From: Eledone cirrhosa | Taxonomy: Eukaryota | Assembly: GCA_964016885.1 (NCBI GenBank) | Contig: OZ024742.1 | Location: 282,224,001 to 282,288,000 of the forward strand | Direction: 5' to 3' | Length of the DNA stretch: 64,000 nucleotides | Part shown: piece by piece, positions 44,439 through 60,179 of the stretch | How the letters are laid out: each line of letters opens with the position of its first letter | Numbering within the stretch: position 1 is the stretch's first letter | The notes under the pieces: generated by a model | What the model was told of the DNA's origin: nothing | The model's database searches: none | What the model saw: only the letters and a program-made list of their open reading frames with translations | Program-made: the position numbers and the translations under genes

Positions 44439-46833
44439 CGACGACCGCAGCACAGTGTTGCGAAAAGCCAATAACAGCCGGTGAAATTCGGGAAGCGATG
44501 GCTAACTGCATGAGGGGTAAATCGCCAGGTTTGGTTGGTCTGCCCTACGAGCTTTATGCATCTATGCCAGACTTGTTCGGTGACCTCTTGGCAGACGTCT
44601 ACTGCAACTGGCAGCAAAACGGGAGCACCCCAGTTTTGTGAGCCGGAGAGCGGTGAAGCTGCTGAGAAAAGACCCGAACAAGGGGGATGTTATCGATAAT
44701 TTCAAGCCCATAACCCTGCTAAACGCAGAGTTCAAGATTTTGGTCAAGGTGTTAGCAACGAGGTTGGCGCTTGTCGTCAAGGGTCTGGTGGGAGAGGCGC
44801 AGACATGCGCCATTCCGGACAGATCCATACACGGACAGATCCTCCACCTCATGCGATACATCATAGAGAGGGTGGTTAAGGAACATGGCATGGGAGGAGC
44901 CCTGATCAACTTGGATCAATCCGAAGCATTCGATAGGGTCGATCATCGGTACCTGGCGGCGGTCCTCTGCGACATTTGCTCAGTTGTGAGGGTGAAAGGT
45001 CACCTGTCGCAGCCGTTCAGCATCATGCGCTCGGTCCGCCAGGGTTGTCCCCTCTCGTCCCTCTTGTACGTACTGGCTCTCGAGCCGTTACTGGGGGCGA
45101 TGAGGGGCGAACCCCGCGAACAAGGATGCGGGAAATCCGAGTCGGCTTACGCCGATGACGTCACCGTTGTGGTGTCGTGCACCAGACACATACAGATGCT
45201 CGGCACCGCTCTCAAGGAATACGAAGCGGTGACAGGAGCAAAGATAAACCAGGAAAAGTCGGTGGGCTTGCAGCTCGGCACCTGGAGAGGCAAGTCCATG
45301 CCGTCCGACAGCGTCGCAGGGCGTTGGACGGCCGGACCGTTTAAATTGCTCGGGGTCTGGTTCGGACTGGACCTCCAGATGGAGAAAAACTGGAACGAGT
45401 TGACGAGCAATGTGGCCTCCCTCACCCAGAAATGGGCCGAGGGGAAGCTGTCCCTGAAAGGCCGGGCGGAGGTGGCGAATGCGTACATCGCATCCGTCAT
45501 CTGCTACCGCCTCACCGTCGACCCTTTCCCCGGCCGAACTCTCACCAAAATGGAGCGTCTCCTCTTCCGCTTTTTGTGGAAGGGACGCGCTCCCATATTC
45601 AGACGATCCATCTGCTGTCAACACCCGTTGCATGGAGGAATGGGCATGCCATGGCTGATGATGCGCAAACATGCACTGAGGCTGCGACATCTCTGGTGCT
45701 TCCTTGACGGTGAACAGGTGTGGTCGCCGTTCGCCAGGCACGTTTTCCCACAGCTCGTCTCCTTGACGGAGATGCAGTCCTGGGTCAGAAAAAGACCGAG
45801 GGATAGCGCTTGGAAACTGGAATGTCTCCAGGCGCTCACTGCCTTCTACCAGCTGGACACCAGTATCGGTGGAACATCCACCTCGGCGTTCGATAGAGGA
45901 CTAGTGGAGGGGAAGAGCGACGACATTCTCGGAGAGAATCTGGGCGTCGAAGAAGATCAGCTGTTTGCTCTCTTCCGGAGAACTTTCAGCCCAGGGCCTA
46001 TGGATAACTTCCAAAAATCCCTGGCCTGGCAGTGCTACCGGGGAGCGCTGCCGGTTCGAGATAAGCTCTACAGGCACGGAAGTGCCGTTAGCCGAGCCTG
46101 CCCAAGATGCGCACAGAGCGACGAAACCGTCGTGCACACACTCGTTCAGTGCCCGAGCATTGCTGACTTGTGGAGCTATGTCGAACAGTTGCTGTTGCGT
46201 GTAGGACTGATCCGGTTATCGACTGAGTCCATTGTGCAGATGGTCTCGCCGGCTTGCTTTGAGGAGAAAGGGCAGGCGGTTTTCACCTGCCTGGTGGCCA
46301 TTGCGAAAGAGATTGTGTGGTGGACTAGGTTGAAAGGGTTAAAGACAGACACTTTCATCTTCGGCGAATCCCTAATTAACTTTTTTAAGTTTCACTTGAA
46401 GAGGAAAATCAGGGTGGAGAGGCAAGTGCTGCTTTCTAGCAAGTTTGTTGAAAGGTGGGTGAATGTAGCGAGAATGGTCCGAGTGAACGGGACCGCTCTA
46501 AATATACGTCTGTAGTTTGAGAAATGGAAAATTTGAGAGAGGGCGCTCGCCCTGGTGGTCATGGTGGCCGTGGTCTTTTGTGTGGTTTTCGCCACGTGTG
46601 ACCCTCGGAGGTTTCCCCCCTATTGGTGAATTTCTCATTGTTTCAATTTTCATTTTTATTTTATTTTCATTTTTTATTTTATTTTCATTTTTATTTTATA
46701 TATGTTTCTGTTTTTTTTTTCTTTTCTTATATATATTATAAAAATATTTACACGCACAAAACCCCCATCGTACCGTCCTGTGCCGTCTGTAATGTTTTTT
46801 TCTTGATGTCAGCCCTTGTGACCAAAAAAGAAA

Positions 46834-46835
<2 letters not shown>
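44439..46835 (+). mobile_element. 5'-truncated Tx1-clade (L1 group) non-LTR retrotransposon
   Basis: ORF 44638-46515 has RT motifs FKPITLLNAEFKIL, LDQSEAFDRV, VRQGCPLS, AYADD and C-terminal CPRC..ETVVHTLVQC; 3' UTR ends in (ATT)n; (ATT)n also directly upstream. Confidence 0.92.
44638..46515 (+). pseudogene. Tx1 ORF2 remnant (RT plus zinc finger), 625 aa open but internally deleted
   Basis: Lacks the endonuclease; an in-frame deletion after DHRYLAAVL is seen relative to the neighbouring copy (KAAVLGPDFRGWIAAMHS missing). Confidence 0.85.
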
Positions 46836-46865
<30 letters not shown>

Positions 46866-47079
46866 GAATGCCATGGTTGACGGAGGCTCGGCTCTGTAAG
46901 GTATAGTAATTTTTAACCGCTATAACAATAGTAAATTGTTTAAAACTTTAACCAAATTGTAGATAAAAATACCCTCCTCCTCGTGAGAGGGGTCTTTCGG
47001 CCCGTTATTTGGCCCTTCGGGGTTAAATAACCGCTTATTGGGGTTTTGTGCCCAATATTCATTTTAAACCCCAAAAAAC

Positions 47080-49209
47080 ATGGCTACAAAAAAGAATTTT
47101 CACAAGTCACTCCCACTCATTCCGAATTCTTCTTCCTCAATCGTCACTACATCAGAGAGAAGATTGTCTTTCTCCCTCCCTTCTCTAAATGTGGTGTCGC
47201 CTCTTTCGCAAGCGACGCCATTAAAGAAAAAGAAAAATATAGTTTCTGATAGCTTTCACAAAGAGCACATACATACCGTGGAACATTTCATCACGACGAC
47301 GACAACGACGAAAAATGTGTGCGGTAAATACAGAAAGCCATTTCTTTCGTCTGACGTCATGAAGAACAGCCGTAACAGCCGTAATAACAGCAGCAGCAAC
47401 AACAGTGACAAGGAAAACCCTAGTAGCAGCCGCAACAACATCAGCAGCAGCATAAACAACAACAGCAGCAGCGGCAACAGCAAAAACAGCAGCAGCAGCA
47501 GCAGTAGCAGCAGCAACAACAACAGCAACCACAGCAACAGCGGCGGCGGCGGCCGTAGTAACAGCAGCTCTGACGACAACAACAACAAAGAAAAACCAAT
47601 CTCGTTTACAGGTATCGCAAAGAACCTGGAAACCATCCTTATAACAAATGAGGAATTACAGGAAGCAAAGAAGATGGTGACGAAAACCGGACACCAAGCA
47701 ATCTACAAAGCAGCCGAAAATCTTTTCGAAACCCAACAGCACTGTACGCTCACGTACCGTACAGTAAGCACAAAATCCCGTAGGGTTGAAAGAGCCACAG
47801 AGGCTCAAAAACAAAAGGCCTTAGGGTCTGTGTGGCAGCGGAAAACGCATATCAACCGAGGCAAGAAATATGCCACCGTGGACGTGCTTTTTCCACACCC
47901 CAGGAGGCAAAGGCTCAATCCTTAGTGACCCTAAGGAGCGAGGAAATGGTGTTGGTGGCCTCCTACTGCGGGCAAAAAATTGTGAGGGTCAAACTGACCC
48001 ACTCCCCGGGATGGCCCCTTCCTGGCTGGCCGCGTCTGTCCTCGTCGAAATCGAGAACAAAGCAACTGTACTGCAAGTACAGAAAAAAGTACGAGAAGAT
48101 TGGGTCGGCACCTCCATTGAGATGTTAATCCAAACCAACCAGGAGTGCATCGAAGCTACCCAGGATGTGATAGACTTCGATAACGGTACTCAACTGCCCA
48201 TAAGTGTTGAGGGCTAACGCCCGAAATGCTTTCGCTGTGGATCGAAGACTCACCTCAGGGCCTTCTGCAATAAGAAGACCCTGAGAAAGGAGAAAACCCC
48301 CTCCTTCCGAAACCGGCTCCACTGCTACCAGCAACAGGACAGGCGCCAAGCAGGAAGGATAGGTCCGTGGCACCCTTACCCACGCCACGGAAATCAAGAA
48401 CAGCAGCAGCAGTGGAAGTATTAACAACAACAACAGTAATACCATCTGCAGCTGCAACAGAGACTCCGCTGCAAACATCACCAACAACAACAAGTGAAAG
48501 AGTGGAGCTGGCACCCCTCCCCGACCTCACATAATCGGATATGGAGTGTGAGGTAGGAGAGGCATGGCAAAAGGTCGCAAGAAGGCACAAACGCAGAAGC
48601 AGCGCATCGTTGCCTTCGAAAAGGGAGGAAAGAAATGAAAAAAGGGTAAAGGCTACTGCAAAGAGACTTACAGCAGGAACACCACCAACACCATCACCAC
48701 CCACACTAGCACCACCATCACCACCGGCGGTAACCCTACCGCAAACAACAATACCTTCAACACCACCACCACAAGAACCAACATCGCAAACATAACAACA
48801 AAACACACACACCCAGCAACAACGACAAGAAAATAGCAGAACCACACCCCACCCCCAGAAAAATAAATGCACAGCAATAAATACACACAACAAGAAACTA
48901 ATGACTTATATAATTGAACACACAGACATTTCACAGCACGACTACATAATACCAGCACCAATCAAAACACCAATGAACATAGGACTGGTAAGAATAGCAC
49001 AGAAACAATACACAAACATTAAAACGAAATTCCCCAACGCAGTTGGTGATTTCAGAGACCTAGGAGGGTCACTCAACCGGAGAGTATATTCGGATATACT
49101 CACAGAAGAGCCGACGAACAGCCGAAGGGACGATTCAACGGTCCCTTCACCAGACGATCAAGTGAAAATGGATGGGGAAACCATCCTTCCTCTACGAGAA
49201 GTAAGGTAA
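47080..49209 (+). pseudogene. Tx1 ORF1 (gag-like), broken by frameshifts and stops
   Basis: CX2CX4HX4C knuckle CFRCGSKTHLRAFC near 48227-48268; S/N-rich and P/T-rich low-complexity segments. Confidence 0.75.
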
Positions 49210-49243
49210 GTGGTCTTTCCCATCTTTTCCACTCCGTTTCAAC

Positions 49244-52200
49244 ATGACCTCACTCAGAATAGGCAGCTAAAAATGCGCGTGGTCTGGGGTCGTCATGGAA
49301 GCAGGGCCATCTGCTCAACGACCTCAGGTAACTAAACATAGATGTAGTGGCCATCAGCGAGACCAGAATCTCCGAAGAACGGGCCTTCGTACCGGTCTTC
49401 GGCGGCTACGATGTGTACGCATCTCCCAGCCGTCCTGGATCGGGGGGAGGAGTGCTGTGCTTTTTCGGAGAGGTTTGGATCTCGCCATACGGGCCATCTT
49501 CCTGGACCCAGAGAGTAAGTTGGTGGTGCTGGACGTGACCAGCGGAGACGGGCGAGCTTTCAGGCTAGTGGCCGTCTATGTCCCGACAGGGCAGGGCGGC
49601 CTGATTTTTTCCGGCGTCTGGAGACCATTCTAAGAACGTCCCGCTCTTTAGTGATAGTGGGCGACTGGAACGGGATCTTAGATGCAAGCTGGGACTGTGT
49701 GGGATTAGCGAATAGGGGAGGAGAGTGCAAAAGCCTCACCAACCTGCTCAGGCGTTATGCACTGTCGGACAGGTACCGATTGGATTTCCCGAATGTGCCA
49801 ATGTGGACTTGGACAAACCGTATCGGGTCATCCAGATCATATCTAGACAGAGTATTTTGTAGGGAAATAGATATGTCTAGCATAGGCTGTCCACAATTCA
49901 AGATAGTCAGCTACACGGACCACACATTCGTGATCTGTGTGCTTGACTTAGATAGGCTTCATAGACGAGGACCCGGCTACTGGAAGCTAAACGCGTCCTT
50001 AACAGCGAGCAAGGCCTACAGAGACCGGATTAGCGAACTAGTTAAGCGTGATCGTCAACAGCAAGTGGTGGTTTGCTCTGAAAAGAGCGATTAGAATAGA
50101 GTCCATTAGGTTTAGTAAGGCTTTAGCTATAGAGAAAAATAGAGCAGAGGGAGAACTAGTTAGAAAATTAGACGAGGCGCTTAGAAAAGGCATCGCGACC
50201 GACGTAATTGCGGCGAAAGTGGGCCTGGACCAATTCTTCAATGCAAAGCACGAAGGCTACGTTTTCAGAGCTAGGGTGCGTGCTCTCAGACTCTAGTGGA
50301 TGAATGCCGTTCAATGGGCCCGAGTGGCTGAGGCGTGTCGTGGCACGATCCGGTCTTTGGTGGACCACGACGGGCGCTGGCTACTCGATCGAGGGCAAAT
50401 GTATGAAGCTTTTCAGCGACACTTCGCACAGCTGTTCGGAGAAAGCGGCGGGCCGGATCGGGGATGGACTTTAGTGTCTACCTCGACGGACTGCCGCGGC
50501 TCTAGGCCACTGAGGCGGAGCGTTGCGAAAATCCGATAAGTACGGGAGGCAATGACTTGCTGCACAAGGGGTAAATCGCCTGGTTTGGATGGTCTGCCCT
50601 ATGAATTTTACGTACAGATGCCAGACCTTTTCGGAGGCCACTTGGCGGACGTCTACTGCAACTGGCAACAGAACGGGAGAATTCCCAGCTCTGTGAGCCG
50701 AGGAGCTGTGGGGCTGCTGAGAAAGGATCCGAACAAGGGGGATAACATAGATAATTTTAGGCCCATAACTCTGCTAAACACAGAGTTCAAGATTTTGGCC
50801 AAGGTGCTAGCAAAGAGGTTGGCGCTTGTCGTTGGTGGTCTGGTGGGAGAGGCGCAGACATCCACGACAACCTCCATCTCATGCGATACACCGTAGAGAG
50901 GGTAGCTAGGGAACCTGGCATCGGTGGGTCCTTGATCAATTTAGATCAGTGGAAAGCTTTCGATAGGGTCGACCATCGTTATCTAGCGGCAGTCCTGAAG
51001 GCGGCTGTCTTGGGGCCCGACTTCAGAGGCTGGATCGCTGCCATGCACAGCGACATCTGCTCTGTTGTGAGAGTGAACGGTCACCTTTCAGAACCGTTCA
51101 ACATCATGCGCTCGGTCCACCAAGGATGTTCGCTCTCGTCCCTCTTGTACGTATTGACTCTCGAGCCATTACTGCACAAACTGGAGACGTTGAGGGGAGT
51201 CCCGCGCGAACTAGGATGCGGAAGATCCGTGTCAGCTTATGCGGACGATGTCACCGTAGTGGTGTCGAACGCCAAACACATCGAGGCGATCAGCATTAGA
51301 CTAAGAGAATACGAAGCGGTGACAGGCGCAATGATCAACCAGGAAAAGTCAGTGGGCCTGTAGCTCGGCACCTGGAGAGGCAGGTCCATGCCGTCCAACA
51401 GCGTCGTCGGGCGCTGGACGGATGGACCGGTTAAATTGCTAGGGGTCTGGTTCGATTCGGACCTTCAGACGGACAAAAACTTGGACGAGGTGACGAGCAC
51501 GGTGGCTTCTCTCACCCAGAAATTGGCGGAGAGGAAGCTATCCCTGAAAGGCCGTGCGGAGGTGGCTAACGCGTACACCGCGTCCGTCATCTACCGCCTG
51601 ACCGTCGTACCTTGTCCTAAGCCTCGCCTGACTGCGCTGGAGCGTTTGCGCTTTCGCTTTTTGTTGAAGGGACGCGCTCCGATGGTCAGGCGTTCCATCA
51701 GCTGTCAACACACGTTACGTGGAGGACTGGGCATGCGGTAGCTTATGATGCGCAGACACGCGCTCAGGCTGCGACATCTCCACATCTTCCTCGGCGGTGA
51801 TCAGGTGTGGTCGCCGTTTGCTAGATGCGTCTTTCCCCAGCTCGTCTCCTTGACGGAGCTGCAGTCCTGGGTCAAGCGAAGAGTGAGCGCTTGGAGACTG
51901 GAATGTCTTCAGGCGCTCACAGCCCTCGACCAATCGGGCAATGTGATCGGTGGAAACCCCACCTCTGCGTTCTATAGAGGAATAGTGGAGGGGAAGAGCG
52001 ACGACGTACTTGGGGAAACTCTAGGCGTCGACGAAAATCAACTAGCCAATCTCTTCGGAAGAACTTTTGGGCCGTGGCCTATGGACAACTTCCAGAAATC
52101 CCTGGCCTGGCAGGAGCGTTGCCAGTTCGGGATTAACTCTACAGGCATGGAGGTGCCGTCAACCGGGCATGTCCGAGATGCGCGCAGGGCGACGAAACCG

Positions 52201-52586
52201 TCCTGCACGCACTCGTCCAGTGTCCGAAAATTGCTGACTTGTGGGTTTATGTCGAACACCTGCTGTCGCGTTTAGGACGGATCCGGCTATCATCTGAGTC
52301 CATCGTGAGGATTGCCCCGCCCTCCTCCTTTAGCCGGGAAAGGCAGGCAGTTTTTATCTGTCTGGTGGCCATGGCGAAAGAGATAGTATGGTGGACACGT
52401 TTGAAAGGGCTGAAGACGAGCAATTACCTCTTCGGTGATGCTCTGATTGACTTTTTCAAATTTCATTTGAAAAGGAAAATCAGAGTAGAGAGGGAAGTGC
52501 TCTCTTCCCAGCATTTTGTTGAAAGATGGGTGAGAGAAGCAAGAATGGCCCGAGTGAATGGGCCTACTCTGAGTATATATCTGTAA
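49244..52586 (+). pseudogene. Tx1 ORF2 (AP endonuclease, RT, zinc finger) with multiple frameshifts and stops
   Basis: NARGL, ISETR, GDWNGILD, SYLDRVF, YTDH (APE); KSPGLDG, FRPITLLN, KAFDRV, QGCSLS, AYADD (RT); CPRC..H..C. Confidence 0.9.
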
Positions 52587-52943
52587 ACTAAAGGTTGAAA
52601 ACTGGGAGAGGGCACTTGCCTTGGTGGTCAGGGTCATTGTGGCTTTTTACTGGGCTTTCTCCACAAATGTCCCTCCGAAGTCTCCCCCCTATTGGGGAAT
52701 TTTTCATTGTTATTTTCATTGTTATTTTTGTTACATCCTCTGTTTTTGTTTTTTACACGCAGAAATGCCCATTTGTACCGTCCTGCATTGTCCTGCACTG
52801 TCCTTAATGTCTACTTTATGTAAACCCTTGTGGTTAATAAAGAAATCATTATTATTATTATTATTATTATTAATATTATAAACTTTATAATTATTATTTA
52901 ACCTTGTACCAAAATCAGACACAAGTATTATAATAATTTTTAT

Positions 52944-53108
52944 TGGTAGAGCGTCGGACAACATGCTTTGCTGATTCGAATTACTGCCCTTTACGTTTTA
53001 TTCTTACGGGGTTGATAAAATAAAGTACCAGTAATGCACTGGGGTTCGATTTAATCGACTTTCCTCTCCCCAAAATTGTTGGTCTTCTGCCAGAATCAGA
53101 AACCATTG
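52944..53108 (+). mobile_element. SINE family A copy, partial
   Basis: Core CTTACGGGGTTGATAAAATAAAGTACCAG plus tail. Confidence 0.75.
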
Positions 53109-54332
53109 TTATTGTTGTTTTTATTACTTTCATAACATTGTTTGTACGTTAGTATCCATATTTCGCCATAAGGAATTTCATCGAACATGATTCATGCGAC
53201 AGTGTTGTTTTGGAAATTCCATACCTTGTTTTTACATGTATATAAACCATGTCAGACGTAAACACTTTGATGAAGGCCGTCAAATGTATATTACCGCTAC
53301 TGGTAATATGTAATCAAGTATCACCTGTATATAGTCGGGTCAACACCCCCAAGCTTGCTTGGTGAGGAGGGTGATTTTGGACACCCTGCTGGATGAAAAA
53401 CAAAACCGGTCAAAGGGTGGAGGAACTGGGAGAATCAACGGCCTTCCAATAAAGTGTTGTTCTTTTTTTTTGTGGAACGAGATACTGCTAGTCTTCATTA
53501 AGATATCCAATGATGTAGACCAATTCTACTTTTTGGATAGATGCATTCGATGTTCAGAGAGTGTGACTGGCCTCGTGAAAAGCCTTTCCTCACTTAAAAA
53601 AGCTTCATGCAGAGGCATTTGCGATGCATGGCATTGCTGGCTATAGGCAAGTCCCTAGCAGGGCTAAAAGGCAACTTTGCGGTGCTCATGCTGAAGTATC
53701 AAGCGATAGCATTACACGAAATTGGGTTCAAGCCATCATATATTTATGTATATATGTATACATGTATGTACTTATGATTGCATGTATGTATGTATAGCGA
53801 CAAGGGTTTGAAGAACGAGTACAGTGATAAAAACATATAAATTATGATATTTAGTTTTATCTTGGTTATGCTTTTTGATGCACAATTAGATTTTCCCTCT
53901 TTCTCTTACGAGCTGGACTAAATAAGATACGTGGGAAAGCACTGTGACTTTATATGCCATCTCATAAGCACTTACTCCTGATAGAGGTGTAGGGTCGCCA
54001 TCGTTATATACTGTGTGTCTTGGGCATTTAAACTCGGTGGAGTTCATCCCTTTCCAGGATAGTACACAGCCAACATAGAGAAAGAGAAAGACGAAAAGCT
54101 AAGTTGAACTCGGCATGATTTGAATTCAGAGTGTAGAGAGACGGTAAAAATATTGCAATATATTTTATTTGATACACTAACTATTCTGTCACTACCTCAG
54201 ATGAAAAAAAAAGGCAATTATAAATCCGTAGCGTAGACAAAAAGTGATAATGTCCCCAGTGTGACCAAAATCCAGTGACATAAAATCCATTGTAAGAAAA
54301 ATAGAGTAGACAGGAGGTACGCCAATGATTAT

Positions 54333-54492
54333 AGAAGAAGAAGAAGAAGAAGAAGAAGACGACGACGACGACGGAGGAGGAGGAGGAGGCGGGGGAGGAG
54401 GAGGAGGAGAAGAAGAAGAAGAAGAAGAAGAAGAAGAAGAAGAAGAAGAAGAAGAAGAAGAAGAAGAAGAAGAAGAAGAAGAAGAAGAAGAA
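54333..54492. repeat. Compound (GAA)n(GAC)n(GGA)n(GAA)n tract
   Basis: Direct observation. Confidence 0.95.
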
Positions 54493-55173
54493 CTAGCTCG
54501 TACATTTTTTTAGTCTCTCAATAAGTCGATTAATATTTGGATATTCAGATATATATTTCATTTCGATTTCATAAGGTTTCTCCTAAATGCGCATGTGCAC
54601 CAGGCCATATTTCTCTCTCTCGAAACTGCTAAAAATCTCGCAGTAGTTCTGGCGTCAAATTATTCATTTTCAATATTTCTAAAATGAAAACCAACAACAA
54701 ATCTGGCAGCCATTTGTATTGTTGTTATTGTTGTTTTTTTTTAATTTCACAGCTTTCTCTGTTTCTTTGTTTTCTTCATAGAAACTCTGTTTAGTTACGT
54801 ATGTATGCGTGTATGTATGTATAGATGTATGTATGTATGTATGAACTTACGTACGTTTGTATGTATGTAAGTATATAGGTATGTATGTATGTATGTATGT
54901 ATGTATGTATGTATGATTGTATGACTTTATGTGTGTATGTATGTATCCTTCTACCTATGAATGAATATTAGTTGGTAGGTATGTAAGTATGGGTGTATAT
55001 ATATGCGTGAATATAAGTATATATGTACGAATATTTGTATGTAGGTAAGTATTTATGATGTATATATATGATTGAATCTGTTTGTGTGCTTGTATATATG
55101 TATACATCTATTTATGTATTTATCTATTTGTGTATGTAGATGTATATGTGTGAGTGCACGATTGCATAATTAA

Positions 55174-55231
<58 letters not shown>

Positions 55232-55364
55232 ATATATATATATATCAATTTGCCTATGTATAAATGTGTGGCGTTTAAATATGTATATTCATGTATATAT
55301 ACATAGGCACATAAACGTACACACTCTCGCACAGTCGCATGCAAACATACGCGCGCAAATATAT

Positions 55365-55409
<45 letters not shown>

Positions 55410-55421
55410 CCTATATATTTG

Positions 55422-55468
<47 letters not shown>

Positions 55469-56167
55469 TATATACACACACGTTGATTTCATATTTTCAT
55501 TTCTCAGAATGGAAGTTTGTTTACATGTTTGTTTTTCTTCCCTGTCTTCTCTTTCTTTCTATACATTCTCTACCTCTCTCTTTCTAACTCACTCCCTCTC
55601 TTTCACCCTCCTTCTCTCACACAGTATATCACATTCTTTTATTGTTATATATTATTTTCATATATCTGCCATTTTGATTTATAAAAAAATATTCTTAATT
55701 TTGTTATTATACTATCATTTACTTCGTTGCTTTGATTTTTTTTTCTTCTTTTGCTTGTACAATTTTCTCTCCATTCTTCACCCTCCTTCACATCTTCCTT
55801 CTTCTATTCTTTTTCTTCTACCACTCCTTCTTCTCTTTGTTGTCTCTGTACACTTACCTTATCGTAATTTTTTACTCTTTTTCTTGAAACTCGTTCTTTC
55901 TTTCATTGTCTTTGTGTCTTTCTTCGATTTTTTCTCCCCTTCCTTATTTGTTGTTATCCTTGCACTCTTTCTGTGATGTTTCTACACCTATTTCTCCTTT
56001 TACATCTTCGACGTTCTTTCCTTTGCACTCTTTCTTTAACGCTTTTTTGTTTCTCTTGTGACTCGTTCTCTTTTTCATTCTGTCCTTCGTCCTTCTTCTA
56101 CTGTTCCTACTCCTCTTCTCTCTTCCTTCTTTTTTCTTCCTTCTACTTCGATTCATCTATTTTCATT

Positions 56168-56558
<391 letters not shown>

Positions 56559-56920
56559 CATCACAATTATCCTTCCCCTCCAATCATTTTTTTTTCTTTT
56601 TCATTCATTATTTCATTTGTTTCCTCTTTTCCACCGCCAACGCCATCCTTCTCATCCTCCTGCCCCACCTCCTCCTTCGTCCCTCCCACGTTCATTATTC
56701 AATTCAACCGGCTTAATTTTTGTCTGACGTCCAAATCATTATATAAATTTCTCTCTCTCTGTATATATATATGTGTGTGTGTGTATACACACACACACAC
56801 ATACTCACACACACAGATATATATATATACACACACACACATATATATATATATATGTATATGTATATATATATATTATATATATCACAATTTCAACAAC
56901 ACAGCAAGCCATTTTTCATT

Positions 56921-56993
<73 letters not shown>

Positions 56994-57059
56994 GTATATA
57001 TATGTATATATATATATGTACATATATATGTTATATATATCTATATCTATATATATATA

Positions 57060-57154
<95 letters not shown>

Positions 57155-57155
57155 G

Positions 57156-57218
<63 letters not shown>

Positions 57219-57339
57219 TATACATATATATACGTATATATATATATATACATTATTCTTGGCATCGATTTCCTTATGGATACTAGTTTTATTCGAAAAA
57301 AACTAATTTCATTCTTCTGATATTGTTTCGTTCTTCATC

Positions 57340-59166
<1,827 letters not shown>

Positions 59167-59467
59167 ATCTCCCGCTTCTTCTCTTATACTACATCATATC
59201 CTTCATGTTTTTTCTTCTTCAATGTCGTCAACCTCATCTTATTCTAGTGTTGTGTTCTTCCTGCTAAGCACGTCTCCACACTGAAACCGCGGAACCACCA
59301 CCTAGCGTTCCTTTGTCTCATTTGCTGTGCTTCAACTACTTCTATACAAATGACAAAGACATTTCTAAACAAGATGCAATAATTAAAAGCAATACCAGAA
59401 ATATACATCATGAAATAATCATATATGTGTGTGTATAAATATGCGTGTCTATGTGTGTATGTCTGTG

Positions 59468-59580
<113 letters not shown>

Positions 59581-59589
59581 TTGTGTATG

Positions 59590-59627
<38 letters not shown>

Positions 59628-59671
59628 TTTATCTATATATATATATATTTATATATATATATATATGTATA

Positions 59672-59726
<55 letters not shown>

Positions 59727-59735
59727 GTATGTATG

Positions 59736-59798
<63 letters not shown>

Positions 59799-59810
59799 AT
59801 GTATATGTGT

Positions 59811-59852
<42 letters not shown>

Positions 59853-60179
59853 TTGTTTGTATGTATAAATCTACTTACTAAAATATAAGTGTTTCACCAC
59901 AAAGAACATTAACTAAATACAGAAATCAATATATGCGTAGTGCAAAATATCTATTACAATTTCGTTGACAGTGATTTCGAAATCCTGCTAGGGAAAGCTG
60001 ATCTAAACTATGTCGGTGTTCATCAAGGATGAGGTGAGACAGCCTAAAACTTATGAATCCACATCATCACAAGAAGAGGCTGTACATGCACGTCACATAT
60101 TTTTGTGTCTCGCATAAAAGCAGGATAGATTGAGCTGGTTCTAACAAGTGAATGAACAGCTTCTCTAACAAAATCCGCC

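Larger units (their letters stand above)
46866..52847 (+). mobile_element. Full-length (~6 kb) disabled Tx1-clade retrotransposon
   Basis: 5' UTR, ORF1 with a zinc knuckle, ORF2 with APE, RT and CCHC, and a 3' UTR with AATAAA; (ATT)n on both sides. Confidence 0.92.

Noticed and set aside
44638-46515. Intact, active reverse transcriptase gene
   Set aside because: 5'-truncated, no endonuclease, in-frame deletion within the RT, and no true start
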